A DNA stretch of 64,000 nt from Takakia lepidozioides (lineage: Eukaryota > Plantae > Bryophyta). The position numbers and the translations under genes were made by a program. Shown in pieces: positions 53,412 to 64,000 of this stretch. The DNA lies in assembly GCA_030704615.1 (NCBI GenBank), contig CM060732.1, positions 49,724,001 to 49,788,000 on the forward strand. The letters run 5' to 3'. Under the pieces are notes generated by a model that did not search any database, was not told where the DNA came from, and worked only from the letters and a program-made list of their open reading frames with translations. Positions within the stretch are counted from its first letter, which is position 1. Each line of letters opens with the position of its first letter.

Positions 53412-56400
53412 GTTCTGGAACACCCTTTTGAGATGCTCCAAGTGCTCCTCCTTTGTTTTCGAATACACCAAGATGTCGTCGATGTACACGATCACAAAGT
53501 CATCCAACCACTCCTGGAAAAGGCTGTTCATCAGCGTGCTAAATGTCGCTGGTGCATTGGTGAGCCCAAAAGGCATCACCAAGAACTCATATGAACCATA
53601 CCTTGTCCTGCACGCGGTCTTCTCCTCATCTCCTTCCGCCACTCGAATTTGATGATAGCCGGAGCGCGGATCAATCCGGCTGAAATACTTCGCTCCTGCC
53701 AACCGATCGAAAAGGTCGTCGATCATTGGCAAATGGTACCGGTTTTTAATAGTCACCTTATTCAGAGCCATGTAATCGACACACATCCGCAGCGTCCCAT
53801 CCTTCTTGTCTGCAAATAGCACCGGGGCTCCGTAGGGTGACTTACTCGGCCGGATGTACCCCTTTGACATTAGATCCTTGAGCTGGGTCTTCAGCTCGAC
53901 CAACTCTCTGTGGCTCAACCGGTAGGGCGCCTTGGCAGGCGGTTCCGATCCCGGTATCACCTCAATCTTGTGGTCAACTCCTCTTCGCGGTGGCAAGCCG
54001 CTTGGCAAATCCTCCGGCATCACATCATGGTATTTCTCCAAAATCCCCTTGATCCAATCTGGGCTCGGCTCTCCATCGCCTTCTCCCTTCACTTCTCTAA
54101 TGTAGAGCAAAAATTGGGGCTCGTGTGCCTCCTCCACAGCCCACTCCCTTGCTAACAGAAGGTTTATTCGCCCTCTCACGGATTTGGGCGTTTCCGAAAC
54201 TCGTAAGACCTCGCCACCAAGGTCATCCCCAAAATGAGATCCACTCCATCGATCTCGCAGACGGTGAAGTTCTCACGTCCCTCCCAACTCCCCAGTTGAA
54301 GAGGAACATCGAACGCCAACCTCGTCGCCAATTGCGGTTCTCTTTTGGCAGAACGCACCTCAATAGAGGCCCCTACGTCAGTTGTCGGGAGTCCCAGCTT
54401 TTGTGCCGTTGCCGGTGTCATGAAGGGGTGCGACGCTCCTGTGTCCACCAACAATGACACGTTAGTTCCGGATATTATCCCATCCACGAACAATAAGTGA
54501 CTCCCTTTACGCAACGCGCCAGTTTCCTGATACAACTCACAAGAATATTTGTCTACCTTGCAAGTCCTGGCGACCACCGCTTCCACCAAGCGACTGATGG
54601 TATCTTCCGACAGCTCTGTGGTCGCCCGAGTCATGTTCAATTGTCGGGGCTTCGTGCACTTCTTGGCCATGTGCCCGGGCTCCCCACAATTGAAACACAC
54701 TTCATCAAAGGTTGTCTTCTGTCCGCCATAGGCCGCTCCACCCGCTTTTCCTTTCGAAGCACCGGGTGCCGCCTTGACTTGTGATGGCCCTCCCTTCGAT
54801 TTCTACATGCCATTGTCGCCGCGTGGCCTATCCCACTTCTTTTCCGGTCGGAAGGAGTCACCTTCCCACTGGGTCTTCTTGTGGTTCAGCTCCGTACGGC
54901 CTTGTCTTTCACCCCTAGGAACATCTGAGAAACATTCAGCCCTCTCAATTGCCTCGTTCAAAGTCTTAGGTGGCTTCTCCTCCAACTTCCGTCTGGCCCA
55001 TGGGGCCAACCCCGCCACAAAGTTGAAGACCATTTCTGGTTCCGCCATATCCGCGACTTCGAGCAACAGCACCTTGAAAGCCTGGACATATCCCCGAATG
55101 TCATCTGTTTGCTTCAAATTCCTCATCTTGTCCCGGGCAAGCCAGGACGCGTTGAGGGGCACAAACTGTCGCTTCATCAATTCCTTGAACCCACTCCAGT
55201 TCAAGGTTTCCGGGCTTGGACCTCGGTCGTGAAGGCGTTTCTACCACCATTGTTGAGCATAGCCCCTCAAATAGGTGGGAGCCACTTCCACCCGATCCTC
55301 GTCACTCAACTTGGCCGCCCGGAAGTACTGCTCCAGCTCCAAGAGCCAGGTGTTGAGTGCCTTCCGATTTTGGACGCCCTCGAAGGTGTCGGGTTCCTTA
55401 GGCTTCACCTTAAACTTTGCCTTAGCGGAAGTGGCATTAGCCGCCTTCAACACGTCTTTCAACGTCCCGCCAAACTACCAACAACCCTTCCCAAAAGCTG
55501 CCGGCATGGGAGGCATCTGTTGGTCTGTCGGAGCTCTCAGGGATTCCTCGGGCTCCGACTCCTCGGATTCCTCCTGCTCTTGAGCGGCCTCGTTTTCAAA
55601 AACCTGCGTCGCTTCCTCAAATGGCCGCTTCGGTGACACGTCGCCCCCATCGGGCTCACCAGGATCATCATCTTTTGGGCCGTTCCGCTTTCGCTTTGGC
55701 TGCCCGACCCCATGATGAGGCCAATCCCAAGGACAATCACGTACTGAACTCTAAGCTCTGATACCAAGTGTCGCGTACCTCACTTCGGTAAGCTCCCCTT
55801 CAAGTCATAGTTACTCGCTTTGATGCGCGCGCCTAACTCCCAACCTGGCCGCCGGGCCAACTTGGAGCTTCGGCTGCTCACCGGGACATAACGGTCCCCC
55901 TTTGCTCTCCCACTAAACCCTCCACATATTTGGGCCTAGTGGAATTCCCTTTGGTAGATGGCAGTCCGGAACAGCTCCCCACTCTTTGGTCGATTTCCGG
56001 CTCGCTCGCTTACTCACTAGTTTTTGGTCACCAACGGGCTTGCACCGTTCTCGGGGTCACTACTCCCCTTATATATACTTCTGTAGCTGTCCGCGGGGGT
56101 TTCACAACCAGCCATGCCATTTTATGGCGAACCACCACGAAAACCCTCGACTCCCGGTGATGAGTCGCGGTGAGTCTTGGCCCACTCACCACGGCCCCTA
56201 TGGACCGTGATGAGTCCCAAGACTCCCCACGACTCCCACCACGAGGTCTCCGCCCCCATGGTGAGTCCTATGCCACCCCCCTAAGTCCCGCTAAGCTACC
56301 ACCACCCCTTGTGGAGCCACCCCCACCGCAACCCGGTGTGCGGGGCTCCAGCTAGTGAGCGTCTCCGCCTTCTTGAGTGCCTTGGGCACTCAAGGGTGCT

Positions 56401-56490
56401 TCAGCCCCCCATGCCTATCGCTGCCGCCCACCACAGGGGCAGCCCCTCATGTGTCCCGACCCCCTGCCCTCAAGGCAAAGGGCGGCGACA
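53412..56490 (-). mobile_element. Chromovirus family B copy 2: 5' LTR (55769-56490), tRNA-Met PBS (55755-55766), gag, zinc knuckle, protease, partial RT; 3'-truncated
   Basis: TGTCGC...GCGACA LTR; TGGTATCAGAGC on -; CFNCGEPGHMAKKC; LLVDTGASH; YIDDILVYS. Frameshifted. Confidence 0.95.
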
Positions 56491-59400
56491 ACAATGTTCA
56501 ATTGATTCCAATACTGCAGTGGAACAGCAAGCACACAAGAGGGCTCCCTGGAACTGTAAGCATTCCCCAACTTTGAGAACTCTACTAACAACCTGCCATA
56601 GGAAAGCTGCTATCTTTGATGGGCGGGTTTTGATCCACACTGAGCCCCAAATAATTTTCCAGTTCTCATCCGCCGAAGTTGTAGAGCCCCCATTTTGATT
56701 CCCATTTCTTGTACATGGGTTGGGTGACTGACAGGGCTTTATAGCCTTTTTTTGTTGTATATGCAAAGAAGGGTTCTAGGGCGGTGTTGAATTTCCATAA
56801 CCATTCGGAGGGGTCAATTTCCAATTCTGCCAGCGGCCTACCCAAAATCCATACAAAGGAGTTGGTTGCTAGCCAAGCTCTAGTGGTGATAGTGAGGGGT
56901 GGCTGGGGATTCATTCCCTTATCCGTGGCTGTCCAGCAGTAGACACGGACTGGGGTGAGATGCATAGTTTGGATTGACAAAGGTTTTGTAGAGGTAAGTG
57001 TGAGTCTTAGGGAGGTGGTGTTGATGGCGAATGTATAAACAACTATGTCATTTACGGATATGTCATCTACGAAAACAATAGTAAGCTGGTTGTGAAGTAT
57101 GATGAGTGCCCAGGATTTTGGGACTGGTTCCGGAGGGCCTGCGGAAAGGGTGGCCAACCACTGCACTGGTTTAGATTGAACAAGTTGTTGGTGGCCTTTT
57201 GTGGCCCTTGCGAGGCCTATAGCCTGAGCCATAGATTGTAGAGATATGAGACCATCCCTGACCATATGTTATGAATTTGTCTGATGCCAAGGCAGTCCCA
57301 TTTGGACCACCTTTTTGCTTGGTTTTTCTGAGAAGAGGTCAGAGGAGTGTCGTTTAGAAACAAGTGTTGTCTCTTAACTTCATAGAAGGTACTTGGCTGG
57401 GCTTTTACAAGCAGTTTCCTTAGCCGCCCCCAGACTGACCAGATGTTAGACCATAGAGCAGATCCCACTGTCTTAAGATTAAATCCTTGAGTGAGCCAAC
57501 GTAGGGAAGGCCTCCATTGGGTAGTCTTGAGAGGGGAGGATTTTGTAATGTGGTCATAGACCAAGAATTTCCACCATCCCCCCCCCGGCCCTAGAAACCT
57601 GGGTATCCATTTGCCAAGAAGAGCTACTATCTGTGTTTCTGGATCGAGTATCCCTAACCCCCCCTTTTTCTTGGGTAAACAGATTTTAAACCAGGCTACA
57701 AGCGGCCGTTTGTTTTGGGATGAGGTCTCGGCTCCCCTGATAAAGTTCCTAAGCAGGCGCTTAATTTCCTGAATCTGTTTAGAGCTTGGGCGCCAGGAAG
57801 AAGCATAAAACCATAATCCAGCTGAATGAATCTGATTAGCAACAAGGGCTCTTCCGGTAATTGAGAGATGTTTTGAACCCTAGTAAGTCAGTTTCCTCTT
57901 CAAGTTGGTCACTGTGGCAGCAAAAATCTGTTGGTCTGTCAGTCCAATTCCATATGTGTAGCCCAGCAGTGTGGTGGTCTCCCCAGGTTTGAGCCATCTT
58001 AGCCCTTGATCCATTCCCCATGAGGGCGGGGATCCCATTGTGGATTTTGAGAGGTCACCTACCAGTAAACCTGAAGTCTTATTCCAGTTTACTTTGAATC
58101 CAGATGCTGCACAAAACTTGTTCAAGGTAAACCCTACTTGGTCCAAGTTTTCCGGGGTGGCTTGCAACATTAAAAAGGTGTCATCAACGAACATCGAGTC
58201 CACCAAGAAGTTGTACTGCCTGGTAATGTAGTTAGTGACCCTGAGGCCCTTTATAAACTGATTTTGCTGTAGCATACAGCCTAGTGTATCTGCTACCACC
58301 AGAAACAAAAAAGGTGAGAGGGGACACCCTTGCCTCACTGAGCGCTGCAGAGGGAACGAAGCTGATAAATGGCCATTGACTGAGACTTTGCTAGATGCAT
58401 CGGTGAGTAATATCCCGACCCATTTGCAAAAAGATTGGGGAAAACCCAATTTAGCCAGGGCTGCCAGCAGGTATGACCATTCAACACGATCGAAAGCCTT
58501 CTCAAAGTCTAAAAGGAGGAGGGCAATAGCTTGGTTTGTTCTAGCAGCGAAGTCTGGAATTTCCTGGGCTAGAAGGAGGTTATCCAATATATATCTACCC
58601 TTGATAAAAACCTGTTGATTTGGCCTAATTATAGTTGGAAGGAGAGGCTGCAATCTGAGGGCCAGTGCCTTCGCCACTATCTTGTAAGCTACATTGAGGA
58701 GGGTTATGGGCCGATAATTGGATATGTTTGTTCTATCACCATTTTATAGTAGTAAGGTTATAACTCCTTGTGTCATAATGGGGGGCATGTGTCCCCGTTG
58801 AAACAAGTGGTTTGCCATTGCAGTAAAATCCCTTGAGATTTCCGGCCACAATGCTTTGTAAAATTCCACTGACAAACCGTCTATGCCCGGAGATTTGTTG
58901 TTGTGTAATTTGGATAATCCTTCACCCAGCTCTATATCTGTGAAATCTCCTGCTAATTGGGAAGCGAACTGGTGGGACAGCAGGGTAGGGGTGTTGTCGT
59001 GCGCATACATATCGCTACACAACTACATCGTTGTCCAAAACCACACAACACATGTGCACACCACACACTAGTATACCACTAGTCCACCACTAGTCCAGCC
59101 ACTAGTCCAACCACTAGGCTACAACTAGTCAGTGACTAGGCTGTCACTATGCTGCCCACTATGGCAGTCACTAGTCCACACAATGATAAAGAAAAAGAAT
59201 TTAAGCACAAGCTCATGCGAGCTCACAAAACTGAAGCATAAACTCATGCATATATAAACTCATCACTCAAATACAAGTCAAGCCAAGTGCACCCCACGCC
59301 ATGGGGAATCCACACTACGGCGCCATAGCTAGGCGCGGTGAGGCTCAACTCGAGAAAAATGAGCCTCCCGCGCTTGCCGTGAAGATAACCACTCCAGGGC

Positions 59401-62400
59401 CTAAATCTGTCTTGACCCCTGGATTGACACTTGGGCCAATCCCAAATGTCAATATGTAAAAACTAGCTATTTCCTAGCTAGTTTCACACTAGTGGTAAAA
59501 TAACCTGACAGTGTGTATCAAACAGGATGTTTGTTCTTCTGTTGGTTGTAAGGAGTCGAGGTCACTATGAAAAATTATGGAAGTGTCTGCCAGCCAGCAT
59601 GGCCATGGCCTTTGGTATAGAAGTTGAAGTGCCTGATGGCTGTTCAATGAGTTCAGATATTGTTTGAGAGACATGTCTCAATCTTGTTTTGTCGAAAAAA
59701 TATTTATTCATTTTTTCTCTTTTTTGTGGACCAGTTGACACCCGCCTGCAGTTTCCACTTCCTCTCCTGGATTTTGTGATGAATGTCAAGGTTGTTTCTG
59801 GCTTGGACATATGTACGGTATGTGTCATCATCACAACGAGTGGATTCTATTTTCGATTGACAGACTTTTAGGCATTTATTTAAGGCCATGACCTTCCTCT
59901 TTCTGATGCTTGCTAGTTCCTGACTCATCCTCTGACTTTCAATATTGACAGCCTTCAACTTGGCCAGGAAGAGATGCGTAGGGTCCAGGAGGTCACTTCC
60001 CGCCTAAGTCCAAGCCCTTAGCAGGCCTTGCTTGAAGCTTGGCAGCTTAAGGAGGAGGTTATTTATTTTGTAAAGGCCTCTACCCCTTCTGTAAGAATCC
60101 GGTAGGGTTATGGAGAGGGTAATTGGTGCATGGTCAAAGCATAAGGGTATTGGTTCTTGAGGGGCTCTCTTTGCATATTGAACTAGGTCAAGGGAAAGGT
60201 AAAGCCCTATCAAGACGAGCCATACTTAGATCTGCAAGAGATCGGTTATTGGACCAGGTAAAGGTGCTGTTTGATGACTGTCCAAAGATTGGCACTGCTT
60301 CTGTGAGGTTGTGTGTTTGCATGCAGTCGAACCACTGGTCCATTTCTTCTGGGTTTGAGGTAAATAACCCCGCGCCTCTTCTATCCTCTTGCATCTCCAC
60401 CATATTAAAATCTCCGGACACTATCCTATCTATTGAAGGTTGTTCCCTCATTTTCGTGTTGAGAGTGTTCCAAAATTATGCTCTGTCAGTAGAATTGTTG
60501 GGTGCATAGATATTCACCAGCCCAATCGGACCTATTGAGTTGGGTAGGGATAAGGCACAAAATTGCAATCTTCCGGGAAGCCAAGTGTCCTGTGAGGAAC
60601 GGTTGAATGGTAGGTGAAAGAAGTATTGCAGTACCTCCTTTCGTTCCCGTGGAAGTGGGTTTCCAGAAGGAGTTGGCTAATGGCCATAGATAATCAGAGA
60701 GGCTATCTATTTTCCCTTGATCTAGTTTGTGCTTCTGTAGAAATATGATGGAATGATTTGCAAGGAAGGGAGGCAGCCAAGTTTTAATTTTCAGCCTGTT
60801 TAGAGAAGCTGGGTCTGCTCCCAACCCTCTTATATTCCATGAATGGAGGTTAAAGATCATTGATAGGTCATGGTAGGCTGAGGCTGACAGTCTCATTTGA
60901 TAGCCTAGAAGTGTGGTAGAAGAATTTAACCCTACTGTCTCTTGGTCGCATGGAATTTTTCCAGACATAATTGTCCGGGGGCTTGCGAGTTTTGTTCTGG
61001 ATGAGTATGAAAACCCCTTGTGGTTTTGTGTTTTTGGGTAGTTCATGGGATGAAAGGAATTGTTCTGCGGACACTGTGGAGATGGTTACAGATAAAACCG
61101 AGGCTTCAGCCGGGAAGAACACGGCGTTGAAAAGATCGTTAAAACTAGGGTATCTCTCATTGAGTGAGCCATCAGAGGGAAGAGTCCCAGAGGGTATGTT
61201 TTCTAGCAGATCAAACACTGGTAGCCTATGTCTGACCTGCTTCCCCCCCACGTATTTCCCTTTCTCGCATAACATCCAACATCTAGCAGGGTTCCCAGAT
61301 AAAACCTGATAAATGAAGCAGGGTGAGAGAGAGGATGGTACCTTGTTTGGGGAAGGTGGAGAGGAGGGAGTTAAGACCTTGGGTGGAGAAGTCACTTGAG
61401 AGTTCGGCAGCGAATTAGCCTGGGTTGTGTCAATGATTGTCGGGGAGGATAATTGTTTGGCTCCTTTCATCGAGTCCATCATGTTGTGATTCCCCTCTTG
61501 CGTAGAAGATTCCACCTGGGAGTCTGAGGAAGAGTGAGAGTGATCTGTCCGCCTGGTGCCATTAATCTGATCTCTTGTCCTTTGAACCTCCATTCTGTAG
61601 TTTTCCCCATCCACTTCAGAGTCCAAGTGGGCTCCCAGCAACTGAAACCCATTTATCAGGGTATCCTGGTTTCAAATTTGCAGACTGTGACTCCCTCTGG
61701 GGGCTGAGAGCAGATCCTCATAAGTCCAGATAGCCTCGATCGGTGGAGGAGGGGCATAAATTTCTGCATCGTCCATCAGGGCTAGAATGTGGGTTGAAGG
61801 TTTGACACTAAGACCAGGATAGTCTTCCAGGTATGCCCCCCATGAGATTTTGGTGAGGGGTGAAAGTGAATAATGTTTTTGTTGCTTGAGGACGAACTGC
61901 TGAATTTTCCCTTTGAACATAATTTGCGAATTGGTATTGAGTGGGTTGGTTTGCAGGAAATGCTTGAGATCTGCTGATGTTATCCATAATGATTCGACCG
62001 TTTCCCGGTCGTCTAATGTAATGAGGATAGCCGGGGGTTTGCTTTTTCGAAAGATCAAGGGTGTCACACATGCTGCCTTCGGGGAGTCGACAATTTCCAG
62101 TGCTGAGCAACCCACCAAGTTTAGGTGTGGGAATGAGCCGATTTGGAGACAGTTGTTAGCAAACCTGGAATTACAAGCAATTCCAGTGGTGATTTTGGGG
62201 AAGGAATTACTGGTAGGGAGTGTCAATTTGACTACTCTTGGGGGTGGGCTATCCCGATGCTTTCATTTTCTTTGGCCGATAGATGCCCCCTACTGCTGTG
62301 TTTCCGTAAGTTTTCCTTTCCCCTTTGTGATGGCACTCATGTGTTGCTGGTGGGCCATCAGCTCTTCCTTGGGTGTCTCCTTCCTTCTGGGGCTTTGCCA

Positions 62401-63410
62401 TGATCTGAGCTGTAGAGGGTCATTTGGTATATTGTGCAGGGCTTGTTACCCTCGGAGAATTGTTGAAGGCCCGGGTTGTGGTGTGGGAGACTGTAATTCC
62501 TGCCCGCGATCCGTTGCTGATTCTGGGATCCCTCCTTGCTCTTGCTCCGTGGTTTGGATGGGGTCATGGGCTGGGTTTGCTTGCGCTTGGGCAGTCGATT
62601 CTGAGATGTCCCAACTGGCCACAGTTGAAGCAAACCGCCTAGATGGTATCCTCTATGAGTTGGATTGCAAAGTAATTACCCTCCTCATCTATTGGTAGTT
62701 TGCGAATTGCGGGAGAATATCCTCATCCGGCATCATCAAGACAAATTTGGCATTTCCAGTTTCATGAAGTCGAGAAGCAATAGTCATTGATTTCCATGCT
62801 GGGTCCTGTCTTAGGTTGTGTGTACACATTTGGGGGTCAAAGACAGCCAAGCATCCAAGATAAGACCCGAAATGATTTGCAATGTCTGCCAAGTTCACCA
62901 AATACTGATCTGGGATCTTTGGGACTGAGACGATGTGGGGGCCCCACAACTTTCCGTTCATGTTCCCCATCCTAGGAGACCACGAAAATATGTTGACATT
63001 AAACCCCCTGGTATGAGGGTTAAACAACAAAGCCTCATTAGCAGCCTCTTTTGTTTCAAAGATGATAAAGAAAAACCCCCTTCCTTTGGCATGGCAGAAC
63101 AGCTACCTCAATTCTCCATTGCCGCCAAGGTGTCTGATGGCCCAATCCCTGACTGTTGCCCTATCCACTTTTTTCCCTGGAAAGTGAATGAGGATACTTG
63201 TCTCTTCCATTGTTGTGACTCTCATTTGCAGTTCCGCTTACTGAACCACTGGCAGAAGCTATCCTGGATCGAGCTTGGTGTGCCATAAAAAAGCCCGTAC
63301 CAGACGACGGGGTGGGTCTTCTGTGCTGACTCTGCTGCCCTCTGATGTTCCCACGAGTCGTCATAGTTAACAGATGCGGAAAAAAACAGAAGGTGTTTTA
63401 AGGACTCCAC
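56491..63410 (-). mobile_element. L1-like LINE, degenerate: ORF1 region (~63410-60868) and ORF2 from 60860 (APE, RT, zf-RVT)
   Basis: SWNIRGLG; GDFNMVE; FTWSN..ARLDR; KSPGIDGL; LDFEKAFDRVEW; VRQGCPLSPFLF; MFVDD; KIAAFLW..C.CC...ESIEH. The 5' limit is approximate. Confidence 0.9.
58995..59510. mobile_element. Solo LTR (516 bp) inserted in LINE ORF2
   Basis: TGTC...GACA ends with a GTGT duplication (58991-58994, 59511-59514). Excision restores the frame CLIH-TPTL. Confidence 0.75.
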
Positions 63411-64000
63411 TGGCTGTGAGGGATATGGAGCTTAAGAGAGGGGTTGGCAGAAAAAGTAGAGGAGGGGGGTATAGGTGGGAAACGTCACTGTAGAAAGCGA
63501 ACGGCTTAAAAGCTAAAGACGGCTGTGGTGGGAGGATTAGGGATGATGCAGGTAGCCAAGATGGAGATGAAAGGAAGCAGGGTGTTAGGATGAACACTGT
63601 AAAAGAAATTATTGAAAGAGAATCTTTATTTTTTTGGAATGCCAATTCTATTGCTTGGATGATGAATTCCCAAGTGTTATTCTTTTCTCTCTCATAGCCT
63701 TGAAATCTTTACAAAAACTCTTTTATGGATAACCTATCCATAGTTTTCCCTTATGCTTATACTCTCAATAGTAATCTATCACAAATGTCAAGGAAGTCGC
63801 TTATGTCCACACAACGTAGAGAGTGGGTGGGGCCATCCTAGTAAACTTTGCTGGGTTTCAGAAATTCATCAGTTTATTATACTATGGCACACTTGAGGTA
63901 GGACAAACCCACCACGTGCAAGATTGCAGAAGCAACTATAGTAAACGGGTCATGGTGGGCGGCTGGTATTTTGATGAGCGTAGGCATTCAGGAACTGTGG

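Noticed and set aside
61913-62698. 261-aa + strand ORF and similar antisense ORFs over retroelements
   Set aside because: Shadow frames of the LINE and Gypsy coding regions on the opposite strand.

Overview
Eukaryotic, repeat-rich nuclear DNA, most likely from a non-seed land plant. That origin is inferred from plant-type GT-AG genes, chromoviruses with a tRNA-Met PBS, a beta-tubulin carrying the axonemal EGEF motif and an Egt1/EgtB-like relic. Three genes look intact: a secreted GNA/bulb-type mannose-binding lectin (30582-31079), a 5-exon beta-tubulin (35066-37587, -) and a 3-exon PreY/Trm112-like gene (49170-50793, +). The last two come from a 3.7-kb duplication of a head-to-head gene pair, and only one gene is intact in each copy. 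The rest is nested transposons: two Ty3/Gypsy families, an L1-like and an RTEX-like LINE, CACTA ends, a hAT MITE, a TTAA/piggyBac-like element, a solo LTR with a 4-bp TSD and a 2.8-kb foldback around a DUF3444 fragment. Captured gene fragments include RPS3a, gamma-tubulin, an amidohydrolase and an Egt1-like sulfoxide synthase. The most unusual object is a 5.9-kb TIR element with an 8-bp TSD (5679-11552). It is packed with three different arrays built on one palindromic core, GGAAA-N3-GGCGCC-N3-TTTCC, whose arms co-vary between arrays. All family calls are by-eye motif recognition; no database searches were run.
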